Of a stretch of DNA of 64,000 bases, positions 1 to 9,317 are shown piece by piece; the first letter of the stretch is position 1, and each line of letters starts with the position of its first letter. Under the pieces are notes generated by a model that was not told the origin of the DNA, searched no databases, and worked only from the letters and a program-made list of their open reading frames with translations. The position numbers were made by a program, and so were the translations under genes. The DNA is from Desulfobacterales bacterium (GTDB lineage: Bacteria > Desulfobacterota > Desulfobacteria > Desulfobacterales > UBA5852). The DNA lies in contig CAXXVS010000001.1 in NCBI GenBank assembly GCA_963674755.2, positions 960,001 through 1,024,000 on the forward strand, in the 5' to 3' direction.

Positions 1-2
1 AG

Positions 3-863
3 GGCATCATCAGCGCCAAACATCGCAGCGGCGTTCTCAACCCCACTTCCTACCAGGACTATCTGCAAACCGATGCGGCCATCAACCCGGGCAACAGCGG
101 TGGACCGCTGCTCAACTTAGAAGGCCAGGTCATCGGTGTCAATGCCGCCATTGCGACGGAATCAGGCGGTTTCGAGGGAATCGGCTTCGCCATTCCGAGC
201 AATATGGCCGTGCATGTCGCCAAGGCGCTCATCGCGAACGGCAAAGTCTCCCGGGGCTGGCTGGGCGTCGCCATCGGCAACCCCACACCCGAGCAGATGA
301 ACGCCCTGAATCTCCAGAATAACAAGGGGGCCCTTATCACGGACGTGGTCCCGGGCGGTCCGGCCCAGAAAGCAGGCCTGGAGAAAAACGATCTGGTGGT
401 CAAGTACCAGGGGCAATCCATCGCGGATTCGGCTTCCCTGCAAAGCCGCGTGGCCGACACCGCCATTGGCACGGAAGCCAGCATGGAGGTGATGCGAAAT
501 GGCAAACCGGTGGATGTCACGGTCAAGATCGGCGACTTGAGTGATGCGATCCGCAAAATGGTCACATCCGTAGAGGATCGCCTGGGCGTGGTGGTCCGTC
601 CGCTGACCGCTCAGGAAACCCAGAAGTATGGCCTCCAACCCGGTCAGGGGGTGGCCTTGTCTTCCCTGAAAAAAGACAGTACCTTGGCCAAGGCCGGATT
701 TGAGAAGGATGACATCATTGTGGGCATCAACAACGTGCCCGTGGACGGGGTCGAAGGCTTTGTGGATATTGTCAACGCCCTGCCGCCCCATCAGAAAACC
801 CTGCTGAAGGCTGTGGATCACCGCACCGGACAAGGTGGACTTGTCCAGGTGCAAATCGGATAG
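3..863 (+). CDS. DegP/HtrA (Do family) serine protease, 5' part outside window; end of protease domain plus two PDZ domains
   Basis: Reading frame open from base 3 gives [16 protein letters not shown] (catalytic Ser motif), followed by RGWLGV and two PDZ-like segments. Confidence 0.92.
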   Translation, partial: GIISAKHRSGVLNPTSYQDYLQTDAAINPGNSGGPLLNLEGQVIGVNAAIATESGGFEGIGFAIPSNMAVHVAKALIANGKVSRGWLGVAIGNPTPEQMNALNLQNNKGALITDVVPGGPAQKAGLEKNDLVVKYQGQSIADSASLQSRVADTAIGTEASMEVMRNGKPVDVTVKIGDLSDAIRKMVTSVEDRLGVVVRPLTAQETQKYGLQPGQGVALSSLKKDSTLAKAGFEKDDIIVGINNVPVDGVEGFVDIVNALPPHQKTLLKAVDHRTGQGGLVQVQIG

Positions 864-935
864 CAATGCGCCGGCCCCCTCCCCAGGGGGCCATCGCATT
901 AAATTGGATAACGGAAGATTCCGATGGAGGTTGGC

Positions 936-2933
936 ATGCAACAACGACATAAATTTTCCCTCAGCTATTACCTGTTCGTCTTCCTGACGATCATCATGCT
1001 GGAATCGCTCTTTTTCAGCGGTACGGCCGTCAAGGAGATTTCCTACAGCCACTTCCGCAATTTGCTTGCCGACAACCAGTTGCAAAGCGTCATCCTGGAA
1101 TCGGACCGTATCTACGGGCTCGAGAAAACACCCAAGGCGACGGAAGCTTCAACGGCCGCCAAAGGGGCTGTAAAAGAAGCTCCGAAGGGGACCGCGAAGC
1201 CCGCCGCGGATTTCCAGCCGGCACGCAAGAAGGCGCCCTGGCATTTAAATCTCAATCTGTTCGGCCAAAAGACCGCGTCTTCGGCCAAGCGGCAATTTGT
1301 CGTCATCCGCGTGAATGATCCCCAATTGATTAATGCCTTGCAGGCCCATGGGGTGAATTACCGCGGCAAGATCGAATCCCACTGGCTTTCCAATTTCCTG
1401 TCCGACTGGATCCTGCCGCTGATCTTCTTCGTCATCCTGTGGCGCTTCCTGATGGCCCGCATGGGCGGCAAGGGCGCCGGTTTTCTGGACGTGGGCAAAA
1501 ACAAGGCGCGCATCTATGCCGTGGAGGACTCGCAAAAGGTCTCCTTTGAAGATGTGGCCGGTGTGGACGAGGCGGTGGAGGAGATCAAAGAGGTGGTGTC
1601 TTTCCTGAAGGAGCCCGACCGCTATACCCGGCTGGGTGCCAAGCTGCCGAAAGGCATCCTGCTGGTGGGGCCCCCCGGAACCGGCAAGACGCTGTTGGCC
1701 CGGGCGGTGGCCGGCGAGGCCGGGGTTCCCTTTTTCAACCTGAGCGGTTCCGATTTCGTGGAGATGTTTGTAGGCGTCGGGGCTGCCCGGGTACGGGATC
1801 TCTTCAAAGATGCCAAAGGCAAGGCCCCCTGCATTATTTTCATCGATGAGCTGGACGCGGTGGGTAAGAACCGCTCCCAGGGGATCGCCCTGGGGGGGAA
1901 TGACGAGCGGGAAAACACGCTCAATCAGCTGCTTACGGAAATGGACGGTTTCGATCCCCAGGCCGGCATTATTATCATGGGGGCGACCAATCGGCCCGAA
2001 GTGCTCGATCCGGCCTTGCTCCGTCCGGGCCGGTTCGATCGCCAGATCCTGGTGGATCGCCCGGACCTGAAGGGCCGCGTGGATATTTTTGCCGTCCACA
2101 CCCGGGATCTCACCCTCGACGACCAGGTGGATTTCCAAAGCCTGGCTGCCGAGACGCCCGGTTTCGCCGGGGCCGAAATCGCCAATGTCTGCAATGAGGC
2201 GGCACTTCTGGCCTCGCGCAAGGAGGGCGCCGTCATCACCCAGGCCGATTTCCAGGATGCCATCGAGCGTGTCGTGGCCGGTCTGGAAAAGAAGAATAAA
2301 CTGATCAATCCCCACGAGCGTCAGGTGGTGGCCTACCACGAATCCGGCCATGCCATTGTGGGGCACCTCACGCCGGGGGCCGATCCGGTCCAGAAAGTCT
2401 CCATCATTCCCCGGGGTATCGGTGCCCTGGGCTACACCCTGCAAACGCCCCTGGAAGATCGGTTTCTCATGTCGCGCAGCGAATTGATGGGCAAGATCAA
2501 AGGGCTGCTGGGCGGCCGGGCCGCCGAAGATCTGGTTTTCGGCGAAGTTTCCACCGGGGCCTCCAACGATTTGGAAAAAGTGGCCGACATTGTGCGCAAC
2601 ATGCTGACCGTCTACGGAATGAGCACCCAGGTGCCCAACCGGTCGCTGGTCGAAAAGGGGCGCAATCCCTTTCTGGACCAGGGGCCGGCCACCCAGCGCC
2701 GCTCCGAGAAACTGGAAGCCATGCTCGACCGCGAGACCCAGGAGATCATCGATGGTGCTTATAAGGAGGCGCGCCAGGTGCTGACCGATCATCGCGCCGA
2801 ACTGGAAGCCATGGCCCGCCTGTTGCTGGAAAAGGAGAAGATCGACGCGGAGGACATCCAGAAGGTCCTGGGGCCGGCGGCCGCTTCCGGCAAAGCGTCC
2901 GAAAACGAATCCGCCGACCGCAATGTCGCCTGA
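936..2933 (+). CDS. ftsH: ATP-dependent zinc metalloprotease FtsH
   Basis: Two TM segments, Walker A GPPGTGKT, Walker [27 protein letters not shown] zinc motif; GGAGG 5 nt before ATG 936. Confidence 0.95.
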   Translation: MQQRHKFSLSYYLFVFLTIIMLESLFFSGTAVKEISYSHFRNLLADNQLQSVILESDRIYGLEKTPKATEASTAAKGAVKEAPKGTAKPAADFQPARKKAPWHLNLNLFGQKTASSAKRQFVVIRVNDPQLINALQAHGVNYRGKIESHWLSNFLSDWILPLIFFVILWRFLMARMGGKGAGFLDVGKNKARIYAVEDSQKVSFEDVAGVDEAVEEIKEVVSFLKEPDRYTRLGAKLPKGILLVGPPGTGKTLLARAVAGEAGVPFFNLSGSDFVEMFVGVGAARVRDLFKDAKGKAPCIIFIDELDAVGKNRSQGIALGGNDERENTLNQLLTEMDGFDPQAGIIIMGATNRPEVLDPALLRPGRFDRQILVDRPDLKGRVDIFAVHTRDLTLDDQVDFQSLAAETPGFAGAEIANVCNEAALLASRKEGAVITQADFQDAIERVVAGLEKKNKLINPHERQVVAYHESGHAIVGHLTPGADPVQKVSIIPRGIGALGYTLQTPLEDRFLMSRSELMGKIKGLLGGRAAEDLVFGEVSTGASNDLEKVADIVRNMLTVYGMSTQVPNRSLVEKGRNPFLDQGPATQRRSEKLEAMLDRETQEIIDGAYKEARQVLTDHRAELEAMARLLLEKEKIDAEDIQKVLGPAAASGKASENESADRNVA

Positions 2934-3050
2934 AAAAAGGCTTGGCCAATGTCCTCACCCCTTGCTCCAATGACAAGATCGACACCGCACTCCAACGGTC
3001 ACCGCTTTGGGGCGGGCGGGGCTCAGTCTCTCCAACGGATCGGATAGGAC

Positions 3051-4334
3051 ATGATTTCCAAAAAAATCGGATACTGGTCGGTGGTTTCCATCGGCATTGG
3101 CGGAATGGTGGGCGGCGGGATCTTTGCCGTGCTCGGGTTGTCGGTGGAGATGACCCATGGGGCGGCACCGGTCGCTTTTCTGCTGGCCGGTCTGGTGGCG
3201 CTCGTCACGGCTTATGCCTATGCCTGCCTGTCCGTGACCTTTCCCAGCCAGGGCGGCACGGTCACGTTTCTGGACAAGGCCTTCGGATCGGGGCTGCTGA
3301 CCGGTGCGATCAATATCCTGCTATGGATCAGCTACATCGTGATGCTCTCCCTCTATGCCTTTGCTTTCGGCAGCTACGCCGCCGCCCTGTTCCCCGAGGG
3401 ATCCCGCCTCATCTGGAAGCATGTCATGATCAGCGGAAGCATCATCGGTGTGACGGGCCTCAACTTTCTGGATGTCGAAGTCATCGGCATGGCCGAACAA
3501 TGGATCGTGGCCATCAAGGTGGCCATCCTGCTCTTCTTTGTGGCCGTGGGCGCCTGGAGCGTCGATGCCACCCGGCTGGCGGTGGACGGCTGGCCGGCCG
3601 CCTCTCCGATTCTGGCCGGCGCCATGATCATTTTCCTGGCCTACGAAGGTTTCGAACTGATCGCCAATACGGCCGGGGATGTACGCCAGCCCCGGCAGAC
3701 GTTGCCACGGGCCTATTATTCGGCCGTCGGCTTCGTCATCCTGCTGTACATCCTGGTGGCCGTCGTAACGGTGGGCAATCTGCCGGTAGGGCAGATCGTG
3801 GCGGCCAAGGATTATGCCCTGGCCGAGGCCGCACGTCCCTTTCTGGGCGCTTTCGGCTATCTGCTGATCACGGTGGCGGCGCTGCTCTCCACCCTGTCGG
3901 CCATCAATGCCACGCTATACGGTGCCGCCCGTTTGAGTTACACCATCGCCAAGGACGGGGAACTGCCAGCCCTTCTGGAGCGCAAGCTATGGAAGCGGCC
4001 CATCGAAGGGCTTCTGATCACCACCGGGGTGACGCTGCTGGTGGCCAACCTGTTTGATTTATCGAGCATTTCAACCATGGGCAGCGCCGGTTTTCTATTG
4101 ATTTTCGCGGCCGTGAACGTGGCCAATGTCGTCCTGGCGTCCCAGACCGGAAGCCGCCGCTGGCTCTCCGTGCTGGGCGCGCTGCTTTGCCTGGGGGCCC
4201 TGGCCAGCCTGATCCATTATACGGCCGGCCATGATCCGGCCCATATCGGTGTTCTGGCCGCCATGCTGGTGCTGGCCTTTGCCGTCGAGGGCCTCTATCG
4301 CCTCTGGCGCCGGGGCCATTCCGCCGTCTCCTGA
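3051..4334 (+). CDS. APC-family amino acid permease
   Basis: GGMVGGGIF in TM1, AYEGFE in TM6, about 12 hydrophobic segments. Confidence 0.88.
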   Translation: MISKKIGYWSVVSIGIGGMVGGGIFAVLGLSVEMTHGAAPVAFLLAGLVALVTAYAYACLSVTFPSQGGTVTFLDKAFGSGLLTGAINILLWISYIVMLSLYAFAFGSYAAALFPEGSRLIWKHVMISGSIIGVTGLNFLDVEVIGMAEQWIVAIKVAILLFFVAVGAWSVDATRLAVDGWPAASPILAGAMIIFLAYEGFELIANTAGDVRQPRQTLPRAYYSAVGFVILLYILVAVVTVGNLPVGQIVAAKDYALAEAARPFLGAFGYLLITVAALLSTLSAINATLYGAARLSYTIAKDGELPALLERKLWKRPIEGLLITTGVTLLVANLFDLSSISTMGSAGFLLIFAAVNVANVVLASQTGSRRWLSVLGALLCLGALASLIHYTAGHDPAHIGVLAAMLVLAFAVEGLYRLWRRGHSAVS

Positions 4335-4522
4335 TCAAACGCCCTCCTTTTTTTGACACCCTGCCGTTGCGCGGCGCTGTCATCTGGCACGCCCCCCGGT
4401 CCTAACGGGGTGCGATCATGATTCAGCTTCTTTTTGGCAATGGTTTCGGGTGGTGCGGCGGCGACCCTCCCGGGATGTCCCGACGGCCCCTTGGGACGTC
4501 GAGGGCGGGACCCGCGGTCTGT

Positions 4523-4909
4523 CTAATCCAGGAATTCGGACAGTTTGCTGTGGCAAACCTTCAAGCGATGGATCATGCGATCGTAGCGGAGGATATTCTT
4601 CAGGGACCGGACCACCAGGTAACTGCCCAGGGCGATCAGCGCCAGGAGGATAATGGCCAGGGGGATGATGAGCGGCAGTACGTGCAATACGTTGTAGTAG
4701 CGCGAAGTGGCGATCAGCAGGCCCATTACCGAGAGCGGTAGCACAAAGACCGCAATGCCGGTGCGCATGGCCGCCAGGGAGGTGCGTTTTTCAGCCAGGA
4801 TCAACTGCGCTTCATTGATGATGAGGGCATCATTACCCTGGGAAGACCCCGTACAGACAGAAGCCTCCTCTTCCAAGTCGCTTTTCATGAAGCGCGGCAA
4901 TCCGACCAT
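4523..4909 (-). CDS. Small membrane protein, DUF202/YidH-like
   Basis: LAEKRTSLAAMRTGIA motif followed by two TM helices; purine-rich RBS before ATG 4909. Confidence 0.7.
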   Translation of the reverse strand: MVGLPRFMKSDLEEEASVCTGSSQGNDALIINEAQLILAEKRTSLAAMRTGIAVFVLPLSVMGLLIATSRYYNVLHVLPLIIPLAIILLALIALGSYLVVRSLKNILRYDRMIHRLKVCHSKLSEFLD

Positions 4910-4925
4910 GGTCCCCCCTTCGTCA

Positions 4926-5117
4926 GTGTCCGTCCAGGAATGGTAGATTTTGGTTTCTGGCAAGGCCCGAGCGCGTTTTCCCGCTTTGCGGGACTTCCCG
5001 TCCGATCTATTCCGGCCGGTGAGTGTCAGCCGAAGGAGGAATAGTATGCTATTTCGAGGATTGAAAACAAGCGCGAACGCCACCCGGGGCCGAAAGATGC
5101 CATTTATGGATCGATAC
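4926..5117. repeat. MITE-like/REP-like intergenic element, copy 1 (degenerate ends, about 50 bp internal insertion)
   Basis: Aligns with 16575-16716 (ATGGTAGATTTTGGTT.CTGGCAAGGC ... GGAGGAATAG...CTATTTCGAGGATTGAAAAC ... GGGGCCGAAAGATGCCAT). Confidence 0.75.
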
Positions 5118-5554
5118 TATTTAACCAGCATCAGGGTCGCCGGCAGACGCCGGATGATGGTTTCGTTGGTCCGGCCGAACAGGAAGTGTTCCAGACGCCC
5201 TTCCTTATGGGCCAGCATCATGATCAAGTCCACGTGTTCGCCTTCAACGATGTTTTGAATCTCATCCACCGGATTGCCGTCCTTGATCCACTCGGTGATA
5301 ATCAGGCCTTCGGCTTTTTCGGCGCGCACCACGCTATCGATTTCCTCCCGCGCGGCAGCGGCCATCTTAGTAAACTCCTTTTCGAGGGAGGGAACCGGGA
5401 GATTCCATCCGTTGACACTGAAGGGGTCGTGGATAATGTGCAGAATGTGCAGTTTCGCTCCGTACTTGCGGGCCAGGGAAATGCCGCAGCGCAGCACCCG
5501 GATGCAATGTTCGGTGGAGCGGCTCACAACGAGTATATTTTCAAATGATTCCAT
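5117..5554 (-). CDS. Universal stress protein (UspA family)
   Basis: 145 aa; FENILV, LHILHII, GNPVDEI, DLIMM and FGRTNETIIRR pattern of USP domains. Confidence 0.88.
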   Translation of the reverse strand: MESFENILVVSRSTEHCIRVLRCGISLARKYGAKLHILHIIHDPFSVNGWNLPVPSLEKEFTKMAAAAREEIDSVVRAEKAEGLIITEWIKDGNPVDEIQNIVEGEHVDLIMMLAHKEGRLEHFLFGRTNETIIRRLPATLMLVK

Positions 5555-5596
5555 GAAAAATTCCTTTCACAGAAAGGACCTGCCCCGGCCGGCCGT

Positions 5597-5965
5597 TCAG
5601 TTGGCGGGACGTCCCGTGATGATGGTGCCGACGATTTTTTCAAACTCCAGCGTCTTGTTCAGGAAGTGGTCGGCACCCAACCGTCGGCACTGCCGCCGAT
5701 ACTGGGCATCATCGAAGTTGGTCAGCATGATGACCGTCATTTGCGGATAGTGTGCTTTGATTTTCTTGAGCAGCGCGGTCCCGGTGCTGCCAGGCATCCG
5801 AATATCGAGAATGACGGTGTCGGGATGAAGGCATTGCACCGCCTCCCATCCTTCCTGAACGTTGCCGGCCTGGCCCACGATTCGGATCTGCCCGGATTCG
5901 GTCAGCAAAGCGGCCAGCCGTTCACGGATGGGTTGAGAATCATCGACGATCAGCACCTGGTTCAT
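5597..5965 (-). CDS. Stand-alone response regulator receiver protein
   Basis: VLIVDDS, ILDIRMP, MLT and FLNK motifs; AAGGAG RBS before ATG 5965. Confidence 0.85.
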   Translation of the reverse strand: MNQVLIVDDSQPIRERLAALLTESGQIRIVGQAGNVQEGWEAVQCLHPDTVILDIRMPGSTGTALLKKIKAHYPQMTVIMLTNFDDAQYRRQCRRLGADHFLNKTLEFEKIVGTIITGRPAN

Positions 5966-6182
5966 GACAGACTCCTTTTCAGATGCTTCATAGTAAGGCG
6001 TGCCAACGGTTCCGGAAATCGGTGGCCGTCTGATCTTCGTGTAGGAGGGCTGCGGGAGATCGTGTCGGTGTTTGTCCGACGGCGGGGCGTGACCAAACAA
6101 CGGCGACCGCCTCAAAGGAAAGAAGACGGTGCGCGGTGTTCATGGGGCGATGTGGGGAAACAATGGCAGGCGGGGCGGCGGC

Positions 6183-6815
6183 CTACGTCACCAGATCGTT
6201 TTGAACGGCATAATGGATTAATTCGGCGTTGTTATCCATGTGCATTTTTTCCAGAATACGGGTGCGGTAGGTGCTCACCGTCTTGACGCTCAAGGCCAGG
6301 GATTCGGCAATCTGGGACACGGTCTTGCCCCCGCCGATCAGGCACAGGACCTGATATTCCCGGTCGGACAAGGCCTCGTGGGGCAGCTTGCTCGTATCCT
6401 CGTCCAGGGCAAAGGCGATTTTTTCCGCCAGGGACGGGCTGATGTATTTACCGCTGCGGTGCACCTTGCGGATGGCCTTGATCAATTCGTCGGCCGCGCT
6501 TTCTTTGGTGAGATAGCCCGATGCGCCGGCCTTCAGGATCCTCAGGGCATACTGGGCTTCCGGGTGGACGGTCAGAATGATGACCGGTAGCTGGGGCTTT
6601 TCGATCTTGAGTTGTTTGAGCACGTCCAGTCCGTCCATGCCCGGCATGGTCAGATCCAGCAAAATGACGTCGTAGGCCTGCTGACGCACACGGGTCAGCA
6701 GTTCGGCCCCGTTGGACGCCTCCTCCGCTACCGTAATACCGGGGTCCTCCATAATGATTTGTTTCAGGCCGGCGCGCACGATGGGGTGGTCGTCGGCGAT
6801 AATAACCTTGATCAT
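6183..6815 (-). CDS. NarL/UvrY-type response regulator (REC + LuxR HTH)
   Basis: IADDHPIVR, LLDLTMP; C-terminal LSDREYQVL...LSVKTVSTYRTRILEK. Confidence 0.93.
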   Translation of the reverse strand: MIKVIIADDHPIVRAGLKQIIMEDPGITVAEEASNGAELLTRVRQQAYDVILLDLTMPGMDGLDVLKQLKIEKPQLPVIILTVHPEAQYALRILKAGASGYLTKESAADELIKAIRKVHRSGKYISPSLAEKIAFALDEDTSKLPHEALSDREYQVLCLIGGGKTVSQIAESLALSVKTVSTYRTRILEKMHMDNNAELIHYAVQNDLVT

Positions 6816-8602
6816 GGGGTTGTTCCTTTCGCGGGAATGGGGAGGCGCACCGTCACACAGGTGCCCTGGCCGGGCCGGCCGTCAAAGGAAACGCTGCCGT
6901 TCCAGGGATAGAGCCGCTCGCGGATGCCGAGCAAGCCAAAGGCCTTAGGGTTGTCGATCTCCGCTTGCGTGATGCCGCGGCCGTTGTCCCGGATTTGCAG
7001 GACAAGGTCATCCGCCTGGGTTTCCAGGCGGACCACCACTTCGTCCGCCCGGGCATGGCGCAGAACGTTGGTCAGGGTTTCCTGAAAAATGCGGAAGAGC
7101 GCCGTGGTCTGATCCTTGGGAAGATCCGGTTCGAGGCCGTCGTGTTCCAGCCGGCAGGCGATACCGCTCCGGTTGCGGAATTCCTCCACCTGCCATTCGA
7201 CGGCCGCGACCAGCCCGAAATCGTCGAGAATCACCGGCCGCAGCTCGGTGGTTACGGTATGCAGATCGTCGAGAGCGCCTGCGATAACCTGGGACATGGC
7301 CGCCATTTTCGTATCGGCCGCCGGACGGTTATCGCCCAGATGCTTTTTGAGCCAGGAGAGGTCCATTTGCAGAATGGTCAGCGACTGCCCCAGTTGATCA
7401 TGAATTTCACGGGCGATGCGAATGCGTTCCTGTTCCAAGGCGTCATTCTGATAGGCCGCCAGACTGCGCAACTGCTCGCGCGAGTGCTCAAGGGAGGCCT
7501 TGGCCCGGGTTTCCTGTTCAATCCGTGTTTGCAGGGCAGCAGCCATTTCGTCAAAGACGCTGGCCAGATGGCTCAATTCGTCACGGCTGCCGATAGGGCC
7601 GATGCGCACGGCCAGATCCCCGGCCGCCAGCCGGCGCGTGGCTTTGACCATCGCCTGGATGCGGCGGAGAAAAAACCGTTCGCCGGCCCACCAGACGAAG
7701 ATGACGGTGATTAAGGCTGTGGTCAGCAGTAAGGCCACGTTGCGGTTGAAAGCGGCTTTTGATGTGGTCAGGGCCTGATCTTCGGGAATCTCCAGCACCA
7801 CGGCGATTTGACGTTCCCGGAAAGAGCTGGCCAGAGGGGCGAAAGCGTTGATGCGGGCGTTCCCGGCTTCGTCGACCGTGCTGAGCGTGCCGGCTTTGTG
7901 GATAGCGATGGCCTGTTGCAAGTCCGGGCTGATATCCTGGGGAATGGACCACTGTCGGGTGTTGACGTCGTAGCGGAGCATACCTTGTTGCTCATCCAGC
8001 ATGCTCAAGCGCGACCCCTCGGGCAGTTCGGCGATGCGGGCGAATATGGCACGGTTCATCCAGTTCAGGTTCAGGGTGGCAAACGCTACCGCCACGATGG
8101 ACTCCTGGGTATCCATGATGGGAAGGGCGACATAAATCACCGGCTGCCCATCGATGTGCTCCCCGTTGTAAGGCTCGATGGTCAACTCCCCGGTTTGCAG
8201 AGAGGTGAAAAGCCAGGCCTTTTGACGGAAATTCCGTCGGTTTGACAAGTCCGCGCTGCCGACCAGCAGGCGGCCGTCGGTCCCGAGCACGCCGCATTCG
8301 GCAATGGCGTTGGAGCGCTGGGCCATATGGTCCAGCAGATTTACCAGCCGTCCGCTGCGATCGTCCGCCAGCCGAAAGGCATCGGCCACCGCTGCCAGAA
8401 GTGTTTGGGTGTATTCTAACTGCTGATTTTCTTCATCGGCGACAGCCTGGGCAAGTGCCAAGGTTTTCTGATAGAGCGTGTCGATCTCGAGCGCTTTCTG
8501 TTCTTCCGCGATATAGAAGATCAGCAGGGCCACGGGAAGAAACGCGGCCAGCACCATCAGATACAACCTTATCTTGAGGCTCGTGCCTCGGAATGTCTGC
8601 AT
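6812..8602 (-). CDS. Membrane sensor histidine kinase (Cache-like periplasmic domain, HAMP, HisKA_3, HATPase)
   Basis: Two TMs, HAMP (DELSHLASVFDEMA), ERIRIAREIHDQLGQ, QETLTNVLRHA, DNGRG, FGLLGIRER; overlaps the regulator start by 4 bp. Confidence 0.92.
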   Translation of the reverse strand: MQTFRGTSLKIRLYLMVLAAFLPVALLIFYIAEEQKALEIDTLYQKTLALAQAVADEENQQLEYTQTLLAAVADAFRLADDRSGRLVNLLDHMAQRSNAIAECGVLGTDGRLLVGSADLSNRRNFRQKAWLFTSLQTGELTIEPYNGEHIDGQPVIYVALPIMDTQESIVAVAFATLNLNWMNRAIFARIAELPEGSRLSMLDEQQGMLRYDVNTRQWSIPQDISPDLQQAIAIHKAGTLSTVDEAGNARINAFAPLASSFRERQIAVVLEIPEDQALTTSKAAFNRNVALLLTTALITVIFVWWAGERFFLRRIQAMVKATRRLAAGDLAVRIGPIGSRDELSHLASVFDEMAAALQTRIEQETRAKASLEHSREQLRSLAAYQNDALEQERIRIAREIHDQLGQSLTILQMDLSWLKKHLGDNRPAADTKMAAMSQVIAGALDDLHTVTTELRPVILDDFGLVAAVEWQVEEFRNRSGIACRLEHDGLEPDLPKDQTTALFRIFQETLTNVLRHARADEVVVRLETQADDLVLQIRDNGRGITQAEIDNPKAFGLLGIRERLYPWNGSVSFDGRPGQGTCVTVRLPIPAKGTTP

Positions 8603-8807
8603 GTCGTCCCCCCCGCTGGCAGCGTGTCTTTGGGGCTTGATCCGGGCCGGGTACCGGCGAAAGGCTAAACGGCCGGGCTGACGCGCATCTGGGAAACCCA
8701 CTGCTCACAATGGGTGAAATGTATTACCCTAAATAACCGGTTTCTTTTCTCTTTTTCATGGTTGCCGACATCTCGAATGGAGGATTGAAATTAAATATGA
8801 AATGGAT

Positions 8808-8820
8808 AATCAAATAGTTA
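8808..8820 (+). promoter_or_regulatory. Putative IHF binding site
   Basis: AATCAAATAGTTA matches WATCAANNNNTTR exactly, in an AT-rich tract about 30 bp upstream of a sigma-54 motif. Confidence 0.55.
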
Positions 8821-8850
8821 CGGTTATAGTGGTTCCTTTGCCAAAATCAA

Positions 8851-8866
8851 TGGCATTGCTTTTGCT
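8851..8866 (+). promoter_or_regulatory. Sigma-54 (-24/-12) promoter
   Basis: TGGCATTGCTTTTGCT, GG-N10-GC with near-consensus flanks. Confidence 0.7.
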
Positions 8867-8905
8867 TTTTCGTTTGCATCATTGATGTATACAAGGAGAT
8901 GCATT

Positions 8906-9109
8906 GTGCGGTTGGTTTTGATTCTGCCCGTTTTACTGATCATGGTGCTGCCGAAGGCCGCCAGGGTTGCCATGGCGGCCGATGATGCCGTGTCGTTTAT
9001 ATTGTCAGGCCATGCTGCCGGGTTGCGCATTGAATCGCCGAAGCTCATTATGCTGGGGTGCGTTCTCGTTTTTCTTGCCATGTGGGCGCGCAGGATACTG
9101 AGCAAATAA
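8906..9109 (+). CDS. Tiny exported protein: signal peptide plus PEP-CTERM-like C-terminal anchor
   Basis: AAGGAG before GTG 8906; hydrophobic leader ending AMA|ADD; C-terminus IESPKLIMLGCVLVFLAMWARRILSK. Confidence 0.5.
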   Translation: MRLVLILPVLLIMVLPKAARVAMAADDAVSFILSGHAAGLRIESPKLIMLGCVLVFLAMWARRILSK

Positions 9110-9125
9110 TAGATTAAGGATCGAA

Positions 9126-9317
9126 ATGGTTCCGGACAAGCATGCCAGAGAAAAAGAACGCCGCTCGGGCATCGACCGCCGCCAGTTTTCCTATGCGCTT
9201 CACCTCCCCGAGCGAAGGGAAAACGCGGATCGTCGTCGTTCCGTCCGCAAACCGGACAAGCACCTCCAGGAAGCCCCGCCGCTGGCGGAATTCGCGCTCC
9301 CGGTTCACCCTTCGTGA
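9126..9317 (+). CDS. Small Arg-rich protein with two ERRxxxDRR motifs
   Basis: TAAGGA RBS; ERRSGIDRR and ERRENADRR. Confidence 0.55.
   Translation: MVPDKHAREKERRSGIDRRQFSYALHLPERRENADRRRSVRKPDKHLQEAPPLAEFALPVHPS

Noticed and set aside
865..900. GC-rich hairpin between degP and ftsH as a terminator
   Set aside because: Stem is present (GGCCCCCT/AGGGGGCC) but there is no U-tract, so termination is unsupported
1245..2792. Long antisense ORFs (also 19113-20714, 28647-30089, 30177-31550, 38778-40235, 60638-63183)
   Set aside because: Shadows of well-supported genes on the opposite strand, expected in high-GC DNA; no family motifs
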